DNA of 63,957 bases, the filler included, from Welwitschia mirabilis (Eukaryota): NCBI GenBank assembly GCA_051453625.1. It is 7 parts of one record of this genome, joined end to end, with 100 filler letters (N's around TTAATTAATTAA, not from the genome) between each part and the next. Parts side by side here need not be neighbours in the genome. Positions count along the whole stretch, not along the records: positions 53,459 to 54,980 come from JBOZIK010000001.1; positions 55,081 to 60,183 come from JBOZIK010000001.1; positions 60,284 to 63,957 come from JBOZIK010000001.1; 4 more parts are not named here. The stretch is one strand, 5' to 3'. Both the position numbers and the translations under genes were made by a program. Under the pieces are notes generated by a model, which did no database searches, was not told the origin of the DNA, and saw nothing but the letters and a program-made list of their open reading frames with translations. Shown one piece after another: positions 53,359 through 63,957 of this stretch (within the stretch, counting starts at the first letter, position 1; the number at the start of each line of letters is the position of its first letter).

Positions 53359-53458
53359 NNNNNNNNNNNNNNNNNNNNNNNNNNNNNNNNNNNNNNNNNN
53401 NNTTAATTAATTAANNNNNNNNNNNNNNNNNNNNNNNNNNNNNNNNNNNNNNNNNNNN

Positions 53459-54980
53459 TCTATACTAGCGTGCTATATTTGTGCATCTTATTTGTAATTA
53501 ATAGGATTTAAATCAAGGTGTGAAACATTACATAAATTTGTACCGCAATAAATTGGCACCATTGCCAAGGAAGGCTACTTGGAAATCGAGAGTTATCATT
53601 GCTTGAGTGGATATTCTGGATGTTTCCTGCAGCATCGGTGTACCAGTACTCTATAAGTATTTTATTTCAGTTTTTAACTTTTTACTAATCACGAATGTCC
53701 CTTTCTTCATCTAGATGTGACTGTTCCCTTTTCTGCTTTCTCTCATTTTGTGGTTTTCTGTGTTTTTTGCCTCTGTTGTCTTAGGTATTATCTAGACGAC
53801 ATACGGGACAATGCACAAGATAGTACTAAAACTAAATGGTTAAGATTGGAAAAAGGTGAAAAATATGAGAGAGAGCAACAATTCATTACAGAAAATATCT
53901 CAGAAGGTTTGCTAAATTTTGAATTTGAAAATCAAAATNNNNNNNNNNNNNNNNNNNNNNNNNNNNNNNNNNNNNNNNNNNNNNNNNNNNNNNNNNNNNN
54001 NNNNNNNNNNNNNNNNNNNNNNNNNNNNNNNNNNNNNNNNNNNNNNNNNNNNNNNNNNNNNNNNNNNNNNNNNNNNNNNNNNNNNNNNNNNNNNNNNNNN
54101 NNNNNNNNNNNNNNNNNNNNNNTCATAGCAAATAAATAACTTAAAATTCAAAACCCCTTTGACTTACCTCCTAGTGATGACATAGAACTTAAAAACTTAA
54201 ATGCTTATCCTACCTTTAGAGGAGAACTTGATGAAGCCCCCCCCCCTACAACACATTGCTGAAATTGAATAACTCATTCTTACTTCTGGAAATGGTAAGA
54301 AATGCATAATCGATAGAACTTACATGATCATCTTTTCCATGACTTTGCGAGATAAGGATAAACTTTGGCTTAGAACTTGGAGCCAAGTNNNNNNNNNNNN
54401 NNNNNNNNNNNNNNNNNNNNNNNNNNNNNNNNNNNNNNNNNNNNNNNNNNNNNNNNNNNNNNNNNNNNNNNNNNNNNNNNNNNNNNNNNNNNNNNNNNNN
54501 NNNNNNNNNNNNNNNNNNNNNNNNNNNNNNNNNNNNNNNNNNNNNNNNNNNNNNNNNNNNNNNNNNNNNNNNNNNNNNNNNNNNNNNNNNNNNNNNNNNN
54601 NNNNNNNNNNNNNNNNNNNNNNNNNNNNNNNNNNNNNNNNNNNNNNNNNNNNNNNNNNNNNNNNNNNNNNNNNNNNTAAAGTAAGTCAAACTTAGCAAAA
54701 ACCCTCATCTAGAGAAAATAGAAAGGTAGGCCAAATCATCAAAGCCCTCAAAGAAGTCAAACACGAGAAAGCTACAACCAAAGTAGAACATGAACCAACT
54801 AGTTTTATTAAGGATTTTACATTTACCTTAGAGAAATACACTCAGATGATCCTTGATGTTAAAGTAGCAACTAAGAAAAATCAAATTTTTATTCCAACTT
54901 GTGATTTATGCGAGGATAGTTATCACATTACAAAAGAGTATCCTTTACTTTCCACTTGCAAAGAGAGAATTTATGAAGAA
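53459..54980 (+). mobile_element. Family-A Athila-like fragment: LTR end (to 53550), PBS 53554-53571, UTR, gag
   Basis: taccgcaata-aat-TGGCACCATTGCCAAGGA; gag YMIIFSMTLRDKDKLWLRT and TCDLCEDSYHITKEYPL, homologous to 19300-20150(-). Confidence 0.85.
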
Positions 54981-55080
54981 NNNNNNNNNNNNNNNNNNNN
55001 NNNNNNNNNNNNNNNNNNNNNNNNTTAATTAATTAANNNNNNNNNNNNNNNNNNNNNNNNNNNNNNNNNNNNNNNNNNNN

Positions 55081-58000
55081 ATGAGTACATTTTTCATCTA
55101 GATGATCAAGTTGAACTTATTAAGTTATAATATTTTCATCCAATTCTATAAGGTTAAGTTAATGAGTGTATTGATAAGAGTTATAGTAAACATCAACTAC
55201 CAAGATACAAACTTTTCTGTACACAAGTTCATATGATGAGAAACCTAGAGAGTTGTGTCAATTAGTATAGTAAGCCCAAAGAACATCATTAAGTTTAGAG
55301 AACCAAATTTTATTATTAATAGAGACTAATTTTTAGAGCATCTTTTTAATGTATCTTTTTGTCTTTTAGCTTGACCATTAGTTTTGAGGATGTTAACATA
55401 TGCAATTCAATGTTCAATGCTAATAAATAAAAGAAGTTTTGAAAAGGATGATTAATGAAATGAGTTTTCTAATCACTAATGATGATTCTAGAAAAACCAA
55501 AACGTTGAAAGATATGAGTTTAAATAAAATTGCAAATGGTTTGGGAATCATTTTTAGTAGTAGGAATAGTTTCAACCCACTTAGTAACATAATAAATGAC
55601 CACTAAGATGTAATTTTTGTCATGAGAAGGTGCTTTAGTAGGTCCTATAAAGTCATATCCTTAAGAATTAAAAGGTTCACATTCAAGCCTAGGTTTAAGG
55701 AGAATACCTTAATAACAAGTTAGGCTACCTTAACATTGACAAACATTACACCTTCTAGTAAAGTAAAATGAATCTTTAAAAAGGAATAGCCAATAAAAAC
55801 CAGAGTGGATAATTTTCATTGTTGTCTTTTGGCTACTAAAGTATCCACCACATACTCCACCATGATAAAGTTAAAGTATTTCTAATGTTTCCCATTTAGG
55901 CATACATTTATGCATGATTTGATCATTGCATCTTATATAAAGATGGGGTTCATTCCACTCATAGTCACCAATCCTAGGGAGAAAAGATTTGCATTGGTTA
56001 TAGTTCCAATGCTGAGGTGTTTTCATAATAACAAGGTAGTTCACAATATTATCATACCAAGGAGTGAGATGAGTAGAAGATATGACATAAAGTTGTTCTA
56101 CAACAAATAGTTATTCATCAGGAAAGGAGTCATTTATGGGAAGTTTATCAGGAGAATAAGAAAGTCAAGATAGGTGATCTGCAACACTATTATGTTTTCT
56201 AGCTTTATTGATGATGGTAAGATTAAATTCTTACATAAAAAGGCTTTACCTAATAAGTCTGGAACTAGAATCTTTTTTAGTTATAAGATATCATATAGCT
56301 GCATGATCAGTGTAAACATTGATGTGGAAGCCAAGAAGATAATGTCAAAGATGATCAAGGTAAAAGATGATGGAAATCATTTCTCTCTCAGTAGTAGTAT
56401 AGATGGATTAGGATTTGGAAAAAGTTTTACTAAGATAGGATATAACTTTAAAATAATTTTTATATTTTTGGCCAAGAACCCCACCCACAGCAATATTGCT
56501 TATATCACACATAAGTTTAAAAATCTTTAGTCCAACTGGAACCCATGATAATAGGTTCACAAAAAATGTTTTTCTTAACTATATTAAATGCAAGTTGATA
56601 TAAATTGTTCTAATCAAATTTAGCATCTTTTTCAAGTAATAAGTAAAGAGATTTATAAATTTTTGCATAATCATAAATAAAATAATGATAGAAACTAGCA
56701 TAACCAAGAAATGATCTAACTTGTTTAACATTGATTGAAGGTCTAAGGTTTTTAATGGTATCAACTTTTATAGGATCCATCTTAATCCCTTCCTTTGAAA
56801 TGTGATAACTTAAAACAATTTTATATTTGATAAAGAGGAAATTCTTTTCCTAACTTAAATGTAGACTAATCTCTATATATTGATCTCAGACTTTCTTTAA
56901 TCTTTCTATAGTTTGTTCAAAGGTTTCATTAAATATGGAGAAGTCATCCATAAAGATTTTAATAGAATTTACTATCATGTCAGAAACAATCCTCATCATT
57001 GCTCGCAAGAAAGTTTCAGGGGTATTGCAAAGTCTAAAGGACATTCTTCTAAAGGCAAAGATTCCAAAGGTTAAGGTAAAGGTTGTTTTGGCTTGGTATT
57101 CACTTGCTATGAAAACTTGATTATAGTCACTATACCCATCAAGAAAATAATATTAAAAATGACCTTAGATTCTATCAAGCACTTGATCAAGAAAGGGTAA
57201 AGAAAAATGATCCTTTTTAATGACCTTATTAATTTTTCTAAAATGAATGCACATTCTTCATTTTCCACTCTTTTTTGGAACTACTGTCAAAGGGCTAACC
57301 CACTTACTATTAGATATAGTATATATGATCCCGACATCCATAGGTTTAATAATTTCATCTTTAACTATTTACTTAAGGGTTGGGTTAAGCTTTTTTTAGG
57401 GTTTCATAATAGGTTTAGCATTATCCTCAAGGTAAATTTTGTATTGGACTATGAAAAAAGGAATGGAAGCTAAGCCTTTATGAGTCCAATCAAAGGCATC
57501 TTCTTTAGAAGTTAAGAGTGAGACCAATTTGGATTCTTATTAAGGAGTAAGAAAGTCACTTATTATCAGAAGTTTCTTTGGGTTGTCAAATAGAAAAATG
57601 TATTTTATACATTTAGGTAATTTCTTAAGCTCTAAGTTAACATTTTTAACTATCATTCTCTCTGTCATGGGTACAATAGATATGAGACAATACTCTGCAA
57701 ATAGGTTTTCTAGCAAGTAAACATATTGGTTTTCATTAAAATATTCTTCATTCTCATACATAAAATAGTGTGTTTCAATTGGGTCATCATTTAAAGTTTG
57801 TTTCTGTAACATTATCGATCTCTCCTCAATTGACCGATGTTGTGAAAACAATGTTGGTTCAAGCTATTCTTCTAAGTTAAACTCATCTCCTATGTTCTTT
57901 TCAGCAACATTAAAAACTCAAATGGTAAAATTATTATTTCCTATATGACATTTCACCATTCTAGTTCATGTGTTAATGATATAGTGGGCAGTTGCATAAA

Positions 58001-59953
58001 AGGATCTTCCTAAGAGTAGTGGATAATATTTATCATGTTCTACCTCAATGATGACCACATCTATGGGGTAAATTGCTTCCTTAATTTAGATGAATAGGGC
58101 CTTGATAATCCCTAATGGTTTCTTAATTAAAGTATTAAGTAATTCCAAGATAATTCATGTAGGTTCTATTTTGTTTTCTAACCCAACTCTTTTGCATATG
58201 TGAAGAGGCATGATATTGATACTAGCTCCTATGTCAATTAAAGCTTTTTGAATTCTTTTATTTTCTTTCAAAATGACACTCATAGTTGCTGCTTAAAAAT
58301 CTTTAAATTTAGGACACTCTTTCATAACTAAGTTGAAAATAGATTAAGCAAGAAAAACTTTGTTAGAAATGATACATTTTTATTTTCTTCTTACAAGTCC
58401 TTTCCATAACTTAGAATATTTAGGATTTTTTTATAAGAGTTTTCAAAAATATAAGTTGATGTTTACTTCTTGCATTAAGATTTTCAAATCCTCATCAAAT
58501 GTAGGATTCATGTTTAACCTATCAAGCTAAGAAGTAGATGGTTTCTTCCCTTTGTTTTCTTGTACAGTATTTTTAGTGAAGCTTTTAGCATGTGATGTTG
58601 ATGGGAAGTTATATGAGTCTAAAATTTCTATATCATCTTTTTCATTAATTTTTTTATTATTTTTAAAAGTTAAAACCTTATGGGTAGGAGGTGTTATATC
58701 ATTTTCACTTCTCCTTATTACCTTCAAATCTTGACTTCGTTTGAGTTGGGTAAAGGTTGAGATGTAAGAGACCCTTATGGTTTTTAATTGATAAGCATCA
58801 TTTATTGAAGCACATTTACTAAGTTTTCAATATTACTATTAGTTTTTTTAATATTACTAATGGTATTTTATTGCATNNNNNNNNNNCATCTTTTTTAATT
58901 TTTTTATGGAATATCTTCTTGGATCGTTTTGATTTGGTTAAAAATTGAAGTTATTTGGTTGGAAGTTTGAAGTCATGAATATATTTTTCAAAAAATTTTC
59001 ATTGTAATTGTTCACCTAATTTTTGTTAGAATTGTGATTAGCTTTTAAAGTTAGGTATTCTTTGGATACATGCATAAACTTTCTCAAACATCCTCTCTTT
59101 ATAAGTTGACAACAAGAAATACTTCTTAGTTGTATGAGAGTTGTCTTTACAAATTTCACAAGTTGAGGTTGTGTTTTCATATTTTACTACCTTTGCATCA
59201 ACTATTAATTAAGTGTATTTCTCTAAAGTAATAGTGAAATCCTTAATTAAATTAGTTGAATTACCTCTCTTTTATTCCTTATCATATATAACCTCCTTTA
59301 AATCTTTTGTGATTTGGCTTATAGTTTAAGTTTCCTTAGTGGGTTTAAGCTAAGTTTTACTTATCTCTATTATGTTTTTCAAAACACTTCATGCATCTTC
59401 TAAGACTAAGTTTAACAAGTTTCCATCATAAGAAAAGTCTAAAAGATATTTAGTTTAATTGTTTAATCTATTGTATAAATAATCAATTATTTCTTCTTTA
59501 TGGAATTCATCAATAGGGTTGGAATGGCTAGCTATGATAAAATGTTTATAAGCTATGGAATAATCCTTGTGTGGTTGTCTTTGAAAGTTGGTAACTTCCT
59601 TTCTTCTTTTTCTCATGGAAATTTCTTCCAAAAATATTTTAATAAAAACTTCTTACACTTGACTTTATGATTTAAGACTTTTATGTGAAATGGTTTTAAG
59701 CTAATTTTTTGCCTTTCTTCTAGGTATGATTGGAAAAATAATCATGTAAGTACAATCACTAATATGTTTCTTTCCATTTCTTAAGGTAAGCACAAGTTAT
59801 TCAATATCAGCTAGATGTTGGAAAGGGTCTTCCTTAGGTTCCACTGAAAAGGTTGAATAGGCACTCAAATTTAATAATTCTACATCATCGTTAGAAGGTA
59901 AATCAAATGGATTTTGGATTTCACATTTTTTTTAGTAATTAAATCTCTAATAG
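55081..59953 (-). pseudogene. Family-A Athila-like gag-pol remnant (gag, protease, RT, RNase H, integrase)
   Basis: Colinear with 15200-20160. ALIDIGASINIMPL (~58230), IKIFMDDFSI (~56945), LMCDISNIAVGGVL (~56500), LTKYVEWVETIP-like integrase motif (~55580). Confidence 0.9.
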
Positions 59954-60183
59954 TGTTGCGGTGCGAATTTATGCAATTTTAAAGTCCTTATGTAAACCTA
60001 CAAATGATATAACTTGCACAAAAACACACGCTAGTATATACGGGAGTTCACCCGAATGTCATAATCCCAACGAAGGCACTAGGCTCAGAGTTAGAGAATT
60101 GATTTTCAAAGGTAGTTTTGGTATTTTATCTTTTACTAACTGAAAGTAAAGAATAAAGTAAATGCAATGCAAGTGAATGGAAA
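59954..60183 (-). repeat. Family-A-related LTR 3' end inserted in gag
   Basis: TGTTGCGGTG start abuts gag sequence directly with no PBS. Matches 45580+. Confidence 0.8.
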
Positions 60184-60283
60184 NNNNNNNNNNNNNNNNN
60201 NNNNNNNNNNNNNNNNNNNNNNNNNNNTTAATTAATTAANNNNNNNNNNNNNNNNNNNNNNNNNNNNNNNNNNNNNNNNNNNN

Positions 60284-61220
60284 ATCCATCTTTACCTTGC
60301 ACACAATGGATTGGAGAGGGTGATGGACATGATGATACTTCTCAAGATGATGCCATACCTAGTGACACTCGTGTTCGTGCTACCACTATAGACACAGAAC
60401 ACGCTGATGTTGGTGATCATTCTAATGATCATAGTGGAGATCAGATGCATGATGAGAACATTGCAAGCAATGCCTCTTCTGATTCAGAGTCTAGTAATGA
60501 AGAGTAGCCCTTGTTTAGTGCGAAGGAGTTGAGCATGCCTCATATGGAAGGTGATCTAGTACCTGCAGCATTTTCACGGCATTCTATTGTGTATCGATCA
60601 CGGAGGATGTTGCCAATACATAGGAATGCTGGCAACGGTTCTTCTAAGAACCCTTAGCATTTAGGACTTTGCTATATATATATAGTTTTATGCTTAGCTC
60701 TTTTTTTTGTGTATGATTCTGGGCTTGTGGCTTTGTGGGTTGTGTTGACTAGCACAGTGGCATCTTTTGTTTGATGTAACATTGTAAATCAAACATTAAA
60801 ATTATGGATATTCCGATTATTCTCTAAATGCATTATACTGTTCTATTGTTAAAATGTTTCTATTTGCTTAACACATGTGTGAAATGCATAATATGGTTCT
60901 AAATTGATCAATCATTATCCTATCCTAAAGTTCTAAACTGTGGTTTAAATTTTCTGATTCAACATTTGATTGCTATTTTGCTTAAAAAACCCATAAAGCA
61001 TGTAAACGTATTGATTTAGATGTTCTTATATCATTATTAAAGGGCCAACAGGTGTTTAGTAATGTTTTACATTATTGAAATTAGAAGGGACTAATTTTTT
61101 AATGTTTTTTCAAAGCCAACTTTGTTGGCTGGCTTTTTTGCTGACTAGTCTCTGACTCGATGACTCGACTCTTTGTTTGAGATTGTCAACTTTTTGCTTT
61201 CGCCAACTATTTAATCATTG
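60284..61220 (+). mobile_element. Probable 3' end of a hAT-like DNA transposon
   Basis: Higher-GC open frame PSLPCTQWIGEGDGHDD..SSDSESSNEE* (acidic transposase-like tail), subterminal GACTCG repeats at 61140-61172, and an end TTTAATCATTG exactly where the copia gag is cut. Confidence 0.4.
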
Positions 61221-61701
61221 CATATGAGTGATGCATATAGCTCCCCACAAATAAGATAAGGAATTAAGTATGAAAATCAACCTAAGATTTTTAAGAAATA
61301 TTATTTGCAAATCATTTAATTGTAAAACCAGCCTATTCATCTCATCTAAATGAGCTTGTAGTGATGAATCTCCCTTCATCTTCATCTTAAAATCTTCGTT
61401 AACAGTATAAGATGATTCTTATCAGGTTGGTTGATCATATCCCTTCTTCAACGCATCACAGAGGTAATGTGTAATGATCATTCCATGGGAGTAAGTGAAA
61501 CCATGACTGAGACATGACCTAATCAAGAATAGCGCTTTCCTACCATATTATTCCAATCTTCTTAAGACAGATCTTTTGGTTTTGTTCAACTCTTTTTCCA
61601 CGCACAAGATCACATTCCTTCTGAATAAGGACATCATGCATCAGAATTTCCTAAATGCCCCAATTCTTGGACAATCTATCAGTTGTTTACAATTTGTCCA
61701 T
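61221..61701 (-). pseudogene. Copia (Tnt1/Tork-like) gag remnant
   Basis: MHDVLIQK..KPKDLS*EDWNNM..ALFLIRSCLS..MKMKGDSSLQAHLDEMNRLVLQL..LIFILNSL. Confidence 0.75.
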
Positions 61702-61718
61702 TGCCGCTCTACCACCAC

Positions 61719-62156
61719 TGGTTACAGATGTGAAAATGAACTAGTGAATAAGAAAACCAAACAGCAAAGTAAGAACACATAGGATTTTCATAAAAAACCA
61801 TACCATGCAAAGGGAAAGCCATGTAGAGTAGGAAGAGCTCTTATTCTTCACAAAACAGTAAAGTACAAGGTTGCTCAATCATACATAAAGCACTTTCAAG
61901 AGATTTCTCATACCCTCAAACCCTAAAGCAGGCATTGGTTTAATTCACAAACCCAAAAAGCCCTAGAGTGCATCAGGTTTAACACCCTTTTGCAACATTA
62001 CCTTAAAATGCCCCTTAATATAGCTTTATAGCATAACCACTTACAATGGTTCTGATGTCTAACAGGACACTGACTAACTAACTGAATGACTCAAAACAAT
62101 TACTGGGTTATGCCTCATGACATCTTTTGATTCATGATTACAAGATTTAAGTAACA
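61719..62156 (-). repeat. Short copia 5' LTR with degenerate PBS (61706-61717)
   Basis: Inverted termini TGGTTAC..GTAACA; PBS-like TGGTGGTAGAGC followed by the gag ATG. Confidence 0.65.
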
Positions 62157-63957
62157 GGTCGAAGAGTGAATTGATTTTTCGGTCCCTNNNNNNNNNNNNN
62201 NNNNNNNNNNNNNNNNNNNNNNNNNNNNNNNNNNNNNNNNNNNNNNNNNNNNNNNNNNNNNNNNNNNNNNNNNNNNNNNNNNNNNNNNNNNNNNNNNNNN
62301 NNNNNNNNNNNNNNNNNNNNNNNNNNNNNNNNNNNNNNNNNNNNNNNNNNNNNNNNNNNNNNNNNNNNNNNNNNNNNNNNNNNNNNNNNNNNNNNNNNNN
62401 NNNNNNNNNNNNNNNNNNNNNNNNNNNNNNNNNNNNNNNNNNNNNNNNNNNNNNNNNNNNNNNNNNNNNNNNNNNNNNNNNNNNNNNNNNNNNNNNNNNN
62501 NNNNNNNNNNNNNNNNNNNNNNNNNNNNNNNNNNNNNNNNNNNNNNNNNNNNNNNNNNNNNNNNNNNNNNNNNNNNNNNNNNNNNNNNNNNNNNNNNNNN
62601 NNNNNNNNNNNNNNNNNNNNNNNNNNNNNNNNNNNNNNNNNNNNNNNNNNNNNNNNNNNNNNNNNNNNNNNNNNNNNNNNNNNNNNNNNNNNNNNNNNNN
62701 NNNNNNNNNNNNNNNNNNNNNNNNNNNNNNNNNNNNNNNNNNNNNNNNNNNNNNNNNNNNNNNNNNNNNNNNNNNNNNNNNNNNNNNNNNNNNNNNNNNN
62801 NNNNNNNNNNNNNNNNNNNNNNNNNNNNNNNNNNNNNNNNNNNNNNNNNNNNNNNNNNNNNNNNNNNNNNNNNNNNNNNNNNNNNNNNNNNNNNNNNNNN
62901 NNNNNNNNNNNNNNNNNNNNNNNNNNNNNNNNNNNNNNNNNNNNNNNNNNNNNNNNNNNNNNNNNNNNNNNNNNNNNNNNNNNNNNNNNNNNNNNNNNNN
63001 NNNNNNNNNNNNNNNNNNNNNNNNNNNNNNNNNNNNNNNNNNNNNNNNNNNNNNNNNNNNNNNNNNNNNNNNNNNNNNNNNNNNNNNNNNNNNNNNNNNN
63101 NNNNNNNNNNNNNNNNNNNNNNNNNNNNNNNNNNNNNNNNNNNNNNNNNNNNCCTATGCAGATATCATCCCAATTCAACAATCCCAACAACTCAAGTTAG
63201 AAAACTTAGATCACATAACTCACCAAAGAAGGCATCCTTGCTCACGCATATACTTTCACAAAGGCATCGTTCTCCATTCCTCGTTATTATGACCCTCCCA
63301 CGATGTTAGGAACTTGCTCTTACTCTTTAGCATCACAAAATGTTTTGCAAAAGGATAATTGTACTTACATCATGGTTGAGAAGCCAGTCAACAATTATGG
63401 GCTTTTAGTTGATCAGTTACCCAAGTGTCCTACCCTCCTAGGGTTAGAGTCGCCATCCCTAATCTCCTCCTCAACCACCCTTTTTTGTAAGGAAATTTTA
63501 GCCATGCATGGAAAACGTAACATTAATAAGATAATGTTATTGCCCTAAGTCATTATTTTGAAAACAATCATATATGAATATGAAATATTGATCGTTCATA
63601 GATGGAAGCAAACTTGGTACTTTAGTAATGCCTAGAATATGGTGCGCACATCTCTCCTTTTGAATTTGGTTCATCCTTCAACCTCCCACTAGTTTCAATG
63701 TGGCTCTATTTTTATCTCATGCATCTTTAAGTTCTTTCCTAATCAACTCAAAGCCAAACTTAGTAAATTGGGTTTCCAAGGCTATTGTTAATGCAAGTTC
63801 CTTTCCTAGGCATAGAAAGGACAACAATGTCTGCTTTCTAAGGTGAGGTACCCTGTACTTGTTTTAGAGGGCCACTGGTACCGAATGATCTCCCTTAGGG
63901 TATAGAGTAACTGTGGAACAGGGTTAGAGCATCACCTAGGCCTAGTGAGAATACCTC

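Noticed and set aside
55910..57473. Plus-strand ORFs (also 15496-16074, 28967-29332)
   Set aside because: Antisense shadows of minus-strand transposon coding remnants.
15051..60239. Six identical TTAATTAATTAA palindromes
   Set aside because: Always centred in N blocks, so these are assembly linkers and not biology.
62147..63292. Long ORFs (347/373 aa) and other X-rich ORFs
   Set aside because: Artefacts of translating N runs.
63153..63957. Terminal segment with an 81-aa ORF
   Set aside because: No recognisable domain. Probably repeat-derived, but I could not classify it.

Overview
AT-rich plant nuclear DNA from a draft pseudomolecule, with many N gaps and six artificial TTAATTAATTAA scaffold linkers. 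I found no intact host gene, RNA gene or CRISPR array. The window is a stack of old, nested, heavily deaminated transposons. It holds several Athila-like Ty3/gypsy elements in two LTR families (A and B, tRNA-Asp PBS), three Sirevirus/SIRE-like Ty1/copia copies (tRNA-iMet PBS, GGTCGACC LTR motifs, one env-like ORF), a CRM-like gag-protease remnant, a Tekay-like LTR, a small copia and a probable hAT end. The best-resolved structure is a 19.8-kb minus-strand family-B element (24449-44249) with paired LTRs and a near-perfect 5-bp TSD. It carries two diverged RT-RH-INT blocks and a nested Sirevirus, and it interrupts an older gag-derived ORF in frame. I see no convincing novel biological system; the findings concern transposon structure and decay. 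All alignments were made by eye, and many boundaries are approximate.
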